Source: Candidatus Puniceispirillales bacterium (GTDB taxonomy: Bacteria; Pseudomonadota; Alphaproteobacteria; Puniceispirillales; UBA1172). Taken from it: a DNA stretch of 64,000 nucleotides. The stretch spans positions 109,667 through 173,666 of the forward strand of contig JBMYKD010000002.1 in assembly GCA_049595035.1 (NCBI GenBank). The letters run 5' to 3'. The notes beneath the pieces were generated by a model. The model had not been told where the DNA came from. It ran no database searches and worked only from the letters and a program-made list of their open reading frames with translations. The position numbers and the translations under genes are program-made. Below are positions 39,432 through 47,419 of the stretch, piece after piece; the stretch's first letter is position 1; each line of letters begins with the position of its first letter.

Positions 39432-40874
39432 ATGGACAAAATCCTTGCAGGCCACAAATTACGCCGCTTTCGGCAAGCCCTTGATCTATCGCAATCAGCC
39501 ATGGCAGAAACGTTAGGGATCAGTCCATCCTATCTCAATCTACTAGAACATAATCAGCGCCCACTAACCGCCGCCATTCTGCTAAAAATCGGCAGCAGCT
39601 TCAACATTAATATCATGGAGTTTGCCGAAGACGATACCCAGACACTGGTTAACAATTTGTCAGAAATCTTCACTGATCCTGTTATGTTTGAAGAACGCGT
39701 TACCCGCCGTGATTTGCAGGATATGGTAACAGCAAGCCCCAATGTATCACGGGCAATTATCAAGTTGTTTAACGCCTATCGCAGTGTCCGGGATGAATTG
39801 GAAAATAACGCAGGCGCACAGGGCACTCCGCAAGTCCTCAGCAATTCGGTTGAACATGTCCGGCATATGCTGGAAAAGCACTATAATTATTTTGCCGCAT
39901 TAGAAGATCAGGCCCTTGATCTCCGCAACGATATTCAAACACCCATTTCCGGCATAAGCCAGAAAAGCATGCCCCAAGATATCGATTTCAATGCCCTCAT
40001 CAGATATATTCAGGACAAACAGAATATCACCGTTCGCGTGATGCCAACAGATGTCATGAATACCAATTTACGGCGATATGATCAGCATCGTCAGGAAATT
40101 CTAATCAGTGAAGTGTTAAGGCGGCCACAACGAATTTTCCATTTGCTGGTGCAATATGCCCTGATTGAACAAAACCGGATTATCACCCCATTAATTAGCG
40201 AACCCGAAAAGCTCACCGAACAGACTATTTCTTTGATGCGTATCACCTTGGCAGGATATTTTGCCGCCGCCGTCATGATGCCTTATAGCCAGTTCCTGCA
40301 GGCGGCCAAATCCTTCCGTTATGATATCGATCTGCTTTCCCGCCGGTTCGGCGTTACGTTTGAACAGGCCTGTCACCGGCTAACAACATTAAATGCCCCG
40401 GATGAAAAAGGCATTCCCTTTGCGTTTGTCCGTATTGATGATGCAGGCAATATATCCAAGCGCATTTCAGCCGCCGGTATTAATTTTGCGCTCCATAGCG
40501 GCGCCTGCCCCAAATGGTCTGTTCATAGAAGCTTTCGTAATCCGGAAAAGACACTTGTTCAGGCCGCGGAATTACCAAATGGCCAGCAGGTGCTTTCTAT
40601 CGCCCGCGCTGTTCCCCCTTTGCTAACCATTTCTTCCTATCCAGCGCCTGAGTTTGCCATCGCTCTGGGCTGTGAATTGCATCATGCTGGTGATATTGTC
40701 TATGCTGACCAACTTGATACCGGAAAAACCAAACAGCTGGAAACGGTCGGGGTCAATTGTTCTGTCTGCGAAAGACTGGATTGCACCCAGCGGTCGCATC
40801 CCCCAATAGGATATGAGCTGCGTTTTGACAGCCACATGCGACGTGTCGGTCTATATGATCTGGACGCTAACTGA
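39432..40874 (+). CDS. XRE-family regulator of the ScfR/PrpR/RamB type (HTH + ImmA-like + Cys-rich DUF2083-like C-terminus)
   Basis: N-terminal HTH ...LRRFRQALDLSQSAMAETLGISPSYLNLLEHNQRPLT..., and C-terminal Cys residues (GACPKW, NCSVCERLDC). Confidence 0.72.
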   Translation: MDKILAGHKLRRFRQALDLSQSAMAETLGISPSYLNLLEHNQRPLTAAILLKIGSSFNINIMEFAEDDTQTLVNNLSEIFTDPVMFEERVTRRDLQDMVTASPNVSRAIIKLFNAYRSVRDELENNAGAQGTPQVLSNSVEHVRHMLEKHYNYFAALEDQALDLRNDIQTPISGISQKSMPQDIDFNALIRYIQDKQNITVRVMPTDVMNTNLRRYDQHRQEILISEVLRRPQRIFHLLVQYALIEQNRIITPLISEPEKLTEQTISLMRITLAGYFAAAVMMPYSQFLQAAKSFRYDIDLLSRRFGVTFEQACHRLTTLNAPDEKGIPFAFVRIDDAGNISKRISAAGINFALHSGACPKWSVHRSFRNPEKTLVQAAELPNGQQVLSIARAVPPLLTISSYPAPEFAIALGCELHHAGDIVYADQLDTGKTKQLETVGVNCSVCERLDCTQRSHPPIGYELRFDSHMRRVGLYDLDAN

Positions 40875-40884
40875 AAAACAGGAG

Positions 40885-43680
40885 TTATTCTGCCGCTGAT
40901 TCCATAGCTTTTGTCACCTGACAGGCGGAAAACTTGAATTCCGGGATCTTGCCATATGGATCAAGTTCAGAATTGGTAAGAATATTTGCCGCCGCTTCAA
41001 CATAGGCAAATGGCACGAAGACCATATCCTCAGCTACCGCACGGTCAGCCCTTGCCATGATATTAATCGCCCCGCGACGTGTCGTGATGGTTACCATGTC
41101 CCCAGCCTGAACCCCTAGCCGCCTTAATGTTTTCGGGTGCAGGGATGCGTTAGCTTCAGGTTCAATCACATCAAGCACTGTGGCACGGCGTGTCATCGAA
41201 CCTGTATGCCAATGTTCAAGCTGTCGTCCTGTTGTCATAATCATTGGAAATTCCGCATCAGGCGTTTCTGCCGGTGGAATGATATTCGCCGGAGTGAAGC
41301 GGGCTCTGCCGCCTTGACGCGGGAAGCTATCCCCAAAAACAATGGCCTGCCCCGGGTCTTCTGGCGAAAGCGATGGATACGTCACGGCATTTTCATTTTC
41401 CAGACGTTCCCAAGTGATATTATCCAGCGAAGCCATGGATGATTTCATTTCTGCAAACACTTCACTAGGATGCTGGAATGTCCAGTTCAACCCGACGCGC
41501 TTGGCCAGTTCAACCGTAATCCACCAGTCTTCTTTTGCGTCACCCGGCGCATCAACCGCTTTCCGGCCCATTTGAACCTGACGATTAGTATTTGTTACGG
41601 TGCCCGTTTTTTCAGCCCAGGCAGAAGCAGGCAGAATAACATCAGCGTAATTGGCTGTTTCGGTCAGGAAAATATCCTGCACAACCAGATGATCAAGCTT
41701 AGCCAGCGCATCTCGGGCATGATCGACATCAGGGTCAGACATAGCCGGATTTTCACCCAGAATATACATAGCCGTGATCTTATCATCATGAACAGCGTCC
41801 ATAATTTCGGTCACGGTAAGGCCTTTTTCGGCCGCGATATTATCAGATTGCCAGATGTCGTTAAATGCGCTTCTTACGCCGTCATCGGTGACGCTCTGAT
41901 AATCAGGCAGGAACATAGGGATCAATCCCGCATCAGATGCACCCTGCACGTTATTCTGGCCACGCAGAGGATGAAGCCCTGTTCCCGGACGCCCAACCTG
42001 ACCACACATCAGCGCCAGTGAGATCAGGCAACGCGAATTATCCGTGCCGTGAATATGTTGTGAAATTCCCATCCCCCAGAAAATCATGCCAGCTTTGGCC
42101 GTGGCAAAATCACGGGCAACCTGACGCAAGGTTTCCGCATCAATGCCGCAAAATTCCGACATATCTTCTGGGCTGAATGCCTTTAGATGATCTTTCATTT
42201 CATCCCAGTTTTCGGTGAAGCCATCGATATATTGTTCATCATAAAGATTTTCTTCAACAATCACATGCATGATCGCATTCAGCATGGCAACATCTGATCC
42301 GGGGCGGAATTGCAACATATGTGTGGCATGACGTTTCATGCCCTGCCCGCGTGGGTCCATCACAATCAGTTTTCCGCCACGCTTGGCAAATTGTTTGAAA
42401 TAGGTCGCTGCAACAGGGTGATTTTCAATCGGGTTACATCCAATCAGAATGGCAACATCCGCATTTTCAATTTCATTAAATGTAGCCGTGACCGCGCCTG
42501 AACCTACATTTTCAAGCAATGCCGCCACCGATGAGGCATGACAAAGTCTGGTACAGTGATCAACATTATTATGGCCAAAGCCTTCACGGATAAACCGCTG
42601 AAACAGATAAGCTTCTTCGTTAGAACATTTTGCTGATCCGAACCCGGCAACACGGGTACCGGAAATCGCGCGCGCTTCTGTCATTCCTCTAGCGGCGATA
42701 TCAAGGGCTTCTTCCCAGCTGGCTTCACGGAAATGGCTTAACGGATAGGCCGGATCAACATTTAATCCCTTAGCCGGCGCATCATCACGCCGGATCAATG
42801 GCTTGGTCAGACGATGCGGGTGGTGAATATAATCGAAACCAAAACGGCCTTTAACGCAAAGCCGGTTTTCATTGGCGGGGCCAGTTGCGCCCTCAACATA
42901 CTTGATTTTATCATCCTTGATTTTAAAGGTAAGCTGACAGCCAACCCCGCAATAAGGACAGATGGATTGCACTTCCTTATCAATATCCTTGCTATCGCCT
43001 AGCTGGGCGCTATCAAGCACACTGGCCGGCATCAGGGCACCAGTTGGGCAGGCCTGCACACATTCCCCACAAGCGACACATGTGGACTGACCCATAGCAT
43101 CATCCATATCAAATACAATTTTCGCATGATTGCCGCGGCCTGACATGCCGATCACATCATTCACCTGTACCTCACGGCATGCCCGAACGCATAGATTACA
43201 ATGAATGCAGGCATCAAGATTAACCCGCATAGCAACATGCGAGTCATCAAGCAACGGGATCAGATCAGGTGATTTTGAAGGAAACCGGCTTTCCGTGACC
43301 TGATTAGCCGCCATCATGGTCAGAAAATGTGACGACGCATCATGAGATTCAGCAGGTTGATCTGCGGCAAGCAATTCCACAACAAGCGCGCGGGATTTTT
43401 CAGCACGTTCTGATGCGGTATTGACTACCATGCCTTCCTGAACAGATCGAATACATGAAGCCACTAACGCCCGTTCCCCTTCTACTTCTACCATACAGGC
43501 ACGGCAATTTCCGTCAGACCGGTAACCGGGTTCCGGTTTGTGGCATAAATGCGGGATAATATTACCCTGCCCTTGTGCGGCTTCCCAGATGGTTGACCCT
43601 TCGGGAACAGAAACCGTCTTGCCGTCAAGGGTGATGGAAACTGTTTTTACGTCAGTGTTATTTGGGAAACTATCTGGCAT
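40885..43680 (-). CDS. fdsA: NAD-linked formate dehydrogenase alpha (Mo/W-bis-PGD) subunit
   Basis: 931 aa with an N-terminal 2Fe-2S/4Fe-4S NuoG-like region (CHKPEPGYRSDGNCRACMVEV, CIHCNLCVRAC, CVACGECVQACP). The active-site segment HCTRLCHASSVAAL has Cys, not Sec. Confidence 0.9.
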   Translation of the reverse strand: MPDSFPNNTDVKTVSITLDGKTVSVPEGSTIWEAAQGQGNIIPHLCHKPEPGYRSDGNCRACMVEVEGERALVASCIRSVQEGMVVNTASERAEKSRALVVELLAADQPAESHDASSHFLTMMAANQVTESRFPSKSPDLIPLLDDSHVAMRVNLDACIHCNLCVRACREVQVNDVIGMSGRGNHAKIVFDMDDAMGQSTCVACGECVQACPTGALMPASVLDSAQLGDSKDIDKEVQSICPYCGVGCQLTFKIKDDKIKYVEGATGPANENRLCVKGRFGFDYIHHPHRLTKPLIRRDDAPAKGLNVDPAYPLSHFREASWEEALDIAARGMTEARAISGTRVAGFGSAKCSNEEAYLFQRFIREGFGHNNVDHCTRLCHASSVAALLENVGSGAVTATFNEIENADVAILIGCNPIENHPVAATYFKQFAKRGGKLIVMDPRGQGMKRHATHMLQFRPGSDVAMLNAIMHVIVEENLYDEQYIDGFTENWDEMKDHLKAFSPEDMSEFCGIDAETLRQVARDFATAKAGMIFWGMGISQHIHGTDNSRCLISLALMCGQVGRPGTGLHPLRGQNNVQGASDAGLIPMFLPDYQSVTDDGVRSAFNDIWQSDNIAAEKGLTVTEIMDAVHDDKITAMYILGENPAMSDPDVDHARDALAKLDHLVVQDIFLTETANYADVILPASAWAEKTGTVTNTNRQVQMGRKAVDAPGDAKEDWWITVELAKRVGLNWTFQHPSEVFAEMKSSMASLDNITWERLENENAVTYPSLSPEDPGQAIVFGDSFPRQGGRARFTPANIIPPAETPDAEFPMIMTTGRQLEHWHTGSMTRRATVLDVIEPEANASLHPKTLRRLGVQAGDMVTITTRRGAINIMARADRAVAEDMVFVPFAYVEAAANILTNSELDPYGKIPEFKFSACQVTKAMESAAE

Positions 43681-43691
43681 GGATCAATTCC

Positions 43692-45389
43692 TTAACTGAT
43701 TTCGCTATCGAAATGTTTCATGGTTAGACGAATTGCATTCGGCGCCGCCTGCCCTAGACCACAAATAGAGGCATCGCTCATCACCTGACATAAGTCTTCC
43801 AGTAATGGTTTATCCCATTCTTCATTCTGCATCAACTGAACAGCTTTGCTACACCCTGTCCGGCAGGGTGTACATTGCCCACAACTTTCATCTTCAAAAA
43901 AACGCAACATGTTTAACGCGGCATCTCTGGCTTTATCCTGATCCGACAGAACAACAACAGCGGCAGACCCGATAAAGCTACCATGCGGTTGCAGGGTATC
44001 AAAATCCAGCGGCACATCGTTTAATGTTGCAGGCAGAATACCTGATGAAGGCCCGCCCGGCTGATACGCTTTGAACACATGGCCATCAGCCATGCCGCCA
44101 GCGGCTTCTATAATATCCATGATGGTTGAACCGGCCGGCAACAGATAGACCCCCGGTTTTTCCACCCGACCGGATACCGAATAACTCCGTAATCCCTTAC
44201 GGCCATTTTTTTCAACCGATGACAGGATTTCTGATCCTTCCCGACAGATGCGGGCAATCCAGTATAATGTTTCGATATTATGAACCAAGGTGGGACGACC
44301 AAACAGCCCGACCTGTGCCACATAAGGCGGCCGGTGTCGTGGCAGACCGCGCTTTCCTTCAATGGATTCAATCATCGCGCTTTCTTCACCGCAAATATAC
44401 GCGCCTGCCCCGCGGCGCAGATCAATATAATCCGGTTCAACAATACCGGCATCAACCAGACGCTGGATTTCTTCAGCAAGAATATGCAGAACAGCAGGAT
44501 ATTCATCCCGCATATAGATAAAGCACTGTTCGGCTTCAACGGCCCATGCGGCAATCAGCATCCCTTCCAGAAACAGATGTGGGGTGCGTTCCAAATAATA
44601 GCGATCCTTGAAAGTGCCGGGCTCGCCCTCATCTCCATTCACGGCAAGATAGCGTGTGCCTTCGGCGGCACGGACAAATCCCCATTTCTTGCCAGACGGG
44701 AAACCAGCACCGCCCAGACCACGCAGGCCGCTTTGATGTACCTGTTCCTGCACGTCTTCCCAATTCCCGTTCTGGCGCAAATCAAGCAGTTTTTCATAAC
44801 CGCCTTCCGCGCAATATGCGGTGAAATTCTGATAGTCCGGGATATGGGGATGCGTATCATCGGCTTCAATGGCGGCATTCACTTTTTCAACTGTGGCATG
44901 ATCGATATGATTATGGCCGATTTCCAGTGCTGGCGCGGTATCACAACGTCCCATGCAAGGCGCCCGCAACACCCGCACTTGCGATGGATCAAGCCCGTCT
45001 TGCAGGGCTTTCATCAGGTTCTGCGCCCCTGCCAGTTCACAAGACAGCGAATCACATACCCGAATGGTCAGGTCAGGTGGCGGAGCCTTGCCTTCATCGA
45101 CAACATCAAAATGGGCATAAAAGGTTGCCACTTCATAAACTTCTGTCTGGGATAGCTGCAATTCATCCGCAAGGGCGTGCATATGCGCGATGCTAAGATG
45201 GCCATAGTTATCCTGAATCAGATGCAGAAACTCGATCAGCAAATCGCGGCGGCGTGGACGGGCACCCAGAATGGCGCGGACTTCAGCACAAGCCTGATCA
45301 TCAACCTGCCGTCCCTTAGGGGTTTTGCGCCCTTTTCCTCTGGCAGATTTCCATATCCCGTTTTCATCTGTTATGGCGTCCAAGACCAA
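43692..45389 (-). CDS. fdsB: formate dehydrogenase diaphorase subunit, fused NuoE-like (gamma) + NuoF-like (beta)
   Basis: 2Fe-2S Cys pairs VCDSLSCE and PCMGRCD, FMN/NAD site GLRGLGGAGFPSGKKW, and 4Fe-4S ESCGQCTPCR. The track start is a TTG at 45389. The TTG at 45383 has better spacing from GGAGGA. Confidence 0.87.
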   Translation of the reverse strand: MVLDAITDENGIWKSARGKGRKTPKGRQVDDQACAEVRAILGARPRRRDLLIEFLHLIQDNYGHLSIAHMHALADELQLSQTEVYEVATFYAHFDVVDEGKAPPPDLTIRVCDSLSCELAGAQNLMKALQDGLDPSQVRVLRAPCMGRCDTAPALEIGHNHIDHATVEKVNAAIEADDTHPHIPDYQNFTAYCAEGGYEKLLDLRQNGNWEDVQEQVHQSGLRGLGGAGFPSGKKWGFVRAAEGTRYLAVNGDEGEPGTFKDRYYLERTPHLFLEGMLIAAWAVEAEQCFIYMRDEYPAVLHILAEEIQRLVDAGIVEPDYIDLRRGAGAYICGEESAMIESIEGKRGLPRHRPPYVAQVGLFGRPTLVHNIETLYWIARICREGSEILSSVEKNGRKGLRSYSVSGRVEKPGVYLLPAGSTIMDIIEAAGGMADGHVFKAYQPGGPSSGILPATLNDVPLDFDTLQPHGSFIGSAAVVVLSDQDKARDAALNMLRFFEDESCGQCTPCRTGCSKAVQLMQNEEWDKPLLEDLCQVMSDASICGLGQAAPNAIRLTMKHFDSEIS

Positions 45390-45492
45390 TCCTCCAGCTC
45401 ACTATTTTTGCGGATTTAGTACCGCGTATGCGTTTATCGTTGAATTCCATCTTATCTAGATTATTATGTATACCTCAAGAAATAATCTCTTA

Positions 45493-45565
45493 AATATTGC
45501 AATTTTACCCATCTTAATTTGTCTGACAGAACATAATATTGCAAATCGGGATATAATTGCTACAA
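45493..45565. promoter_or_regulatory. repeated AATATTGCAA(T/A) boxes in the fdsB/qor divergent promoter region
   Basis: AATATTGCAAT at 45493 and AATATTGCAAAT at 45535 (42 bp apart), plus ATAATTGCTACAA at 45553. TTGCAA palindromic cores. Confidence 0.3.
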
Positions 45566-45622
45566 AACCGCCATGGATACATATTATGTTGATCACATAA
45601 TGCTGGATAAAGGACATGCCCG

Positions 45623-46645
45623 ATGACCATCACCACCACCCCTGATATGAGCATCCCCGCTGACATGACTGTTATTGACATGCGGGAGCCGGGTAAGCCC
45701 GATGTGCTGATAACAGGTCAGCGTGAAACACCACAACCCGCTGAAAATGAGGTGCTGATAAAGGTGGTAGCCGCTGGCGTCAATGGCCCTGATCTGGTTC
45801 AGCGGCGTGGGCATTACCCTCCGCCGAAAGGGGCATCTGATCTGCTGGGGCTGGAAGTATCGGGCATCATCACGGCCACGGGCAAGGATGTGAGCCGGTG
45901 GCAGATTGGCGACAGGGTGATTGCACTAACCAATGGCGGCGGTTATGCGGAATTTGTTGCGGTCAGGGCTGATCATGTTCTGACAGTGCCGGAAGGCGTT
46001 GATCTGATTGATGCGGCCGGGATTCCGGAGACATTTTTTACCGTCTGGAGTAATGTGTTTCATCCTGTTCCGCGACCGGCGGGATGCCGGTTTCTGGTTC
46101 ATGGTGGGGCGGGCGGCATTGGCGGTACTGCCATTCAGCTTGGTGCCGCGATGGGATATGATGTGCTGACCACGGTTGGCAATGCGGATGAAGCCGAATG
46201 GTGCATGGGGCTGGGGGCAAGCCGCGCCATTAATTACCATGATGAGGATTTTGTCACCATCAACCGTGATGCCGGCGGGGCAGACCTGATCCTTGATATT
46301 ATTGGCGGGGACTATATTGCCAGAAATATCAAGGCGGCACGGGCAGATGGCCGGATCATACAGCTGGCATTCAATCATGGCTCAAAGGTGGAAATCGATC
46401 TGATGCCGGTGATGCTGAAACGGCTGACCTTTACCGGCTCAACCCTGCGGTCACGGCCGGATGACTTTAAGGCAGAAATTGCCGCCGCCCTTGAGGCGCA
46501 AATTTGGCCTTTATTTGCTGATGGCACGATCAGAACCACAACCCATAAAACCCTGCCCCTGGCCGAAGCCGCCGATGCCCACCGCATGATGGAAGCCGCC
46601 AGCCATAAAGGCAAGATTTTGCTGGTAACCGGTTTTCAGAGGTGA
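45623..46645 (+). CDS. qor: NADPH:quinone oxidoreductase (zeta-crystallin/MDR family)
   Basis: ...VLIKVVAAGVNGPDL..., ...GGYAE... and VHGGAGGIGGTAIQL nucleotide motif, 340 aa. Confidence 0.85.
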   Translation: MTITTTPDMSIPADMTVIDMREPGKPDVLITGQRETPQPAENEVLIKVVAAGVNGPDLVQRRGHYPPPKGASDLLGLEVSGIITATGKDVSRWQIGDRVIALTNGGGYAEFVAVRADHVLTVPEGVDLIDAAGIPETFFTVWSNVFHPVPRPAGCRFLVHGGAGGIGGTAIQLGAAMGYDVLTTVGNADEAEWCMGLGASRAINYHDEDFVTINRDAGGADLILDIIGGDYIARNIKAARADGRIIQLAFNHGSKVEIDLMPVMLKRLTFTGSTLRSRPDDFKAEIAAALEAQIWPLFADGTIRTTTHKTLPLAEAADAHRMMEAASHKGKILLVTGFQR

Positions 46646-46759
46646 TGATTATGCCTCTAAAATATTTCTTTTAGAACTGACAAGCCAGCCCCTAGCTTTT
46701 GCCAACCGCCATTGCCGGCCATTTTAATCATCTGGTAATAATCGGGAAGTATATGATCA

Positions 46760-46849
46760 TGGCGGAGAGAGGGGGATTCGAACCCCCGAGGGGCGTTAAC
46801 CCCAACACGCTTTCCAGGCGTGCGCCTTAAACCGCTCGGCCATCTCTCC
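46760..46849 (-). tRNA. tRNA-Ser (anticodon GGA), CCA encoded
   Basis: The minus strand GGAGAGATGGCCGAGCGGTTTAAGGCGCACGCCTGGAAAGCGTG...GGGGGTTCGAATCCCCCTCTCTCCGCCA folds into a cloverleaf with a 7-bp acceptor stem, a CACGC/GCGTG anticodon stem, a CTGGAAA loop, a long variable arm and a GGGGG/CCCCC T-stem. Confidence 0.93.
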
Positions 46850-47056
46850 AGCATATGAAATGATCATTTCAGATCATGAATGCCATCATATCTGGCGGCA
46901 ACATAGCCAAATCCGCATCCGGACGCAATTGGAAATGCCATACTAGCCTGCCTTTTTGCTGTTTTATCCTGTTGAACCAGCATCATCAGATCACTTTTCG
47001 GTGATCATCCGCTTCTGGCAATTGCCAAAACCCCATGGCCAAGGCATAATCCGGCT

Positions 47057-47419
47057 ATGAAATGGATTGGTTCAATATTCCGGTTGTTTTTCGGGCTTAT
47101 GGTGCTGGTGGCGGTTTATACCGACCTGACCGATGGTGAGGCCGGATTTACCGATGTCGGTTATCTGTGGTTTCAACTAGCACCCGACAGTTTACAGATC
47201 AGCGAAGCTATCATCAGCCGCTATATTGATCCCTGCGGATTATTCGTGAGCCTTGATTGCGAGCCGTTTTTATGGCATCCGGCTATTTCATTCTTTCTGT
47301 TGCTACCCGCCGCACCATTCTTTATCGGGGTGACCGCGTTGCTGATCCTGTTGCGCAAATACCGCGAAGGCCGGGGGGCATCTTCCCATCCAGCCAAGAA
47401 GGACAAAACCCGCGACTAG
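47057..47419 (+). CDS. small hypothetical membrane protein
   Basis: 120 aa with two clear hydrophobic segments and a basic C-terminal tail. The stop overlaps the lepA stop. No recognisable family. Confidence 0.45.
   Translation: MKWIGSIFRLFFGLMVLVAVYTDLTDGEAGFTDVGYLWFQLAPDSLQISEAIISRYIDPCGLFVSLDCEPFLWHPAISFFLLLPAAPFFIGVTALLILLRKYREGRGASSHPAKKDKTRD

Noticed and set aside
40885-43680. Selenocysteine (UGA recoding) in the formate dehydrogenase alpha subunit.
   Set aside because: The ORF is uninterrupted, and the Sec/Cys position reads Cys (HCTRLCHASS). There is no in-frame TGA and no need for a SECIS element.
44280-45155. Long antisense 'shadow' ORFs in the six-frame track. Examples are the 291 aa ORF at 44280-45155 opposite fdsB, 195 aa at 17054-17641 opposite gor, 183 aa at 41470-42021 opposite fdsA, 184 aa at 47257-47811 opposite lepA, and 151-153 aa ORFs opposite cimA and the formyltransferase.
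   Set aside because: Each lies entirely inside a strongly supported gene on the other strand. Their compositions are low-complexity and Cys/His/Arg/Phe-rich, and I saw no recognisable motifs and did not check any of them for ribosome-binding sites. They are typical stop-poor antisense frames.
46650-47056. tRNA-Ser as an integration hotspot or genomic-island border, plus a perfect 16-bp palindrome TGAAATGATCATTTCA (46856-46871) 7 nt upstream of the tRNA 5' end.
   Set aside because: I could see no integrase, no direct repeat of the tRNA 3' end and no foreign-looking genes on either side. About one perfect 16-bp palindrome is expected by chance in 64 kb, so it may simply be promoter or leader sequence.
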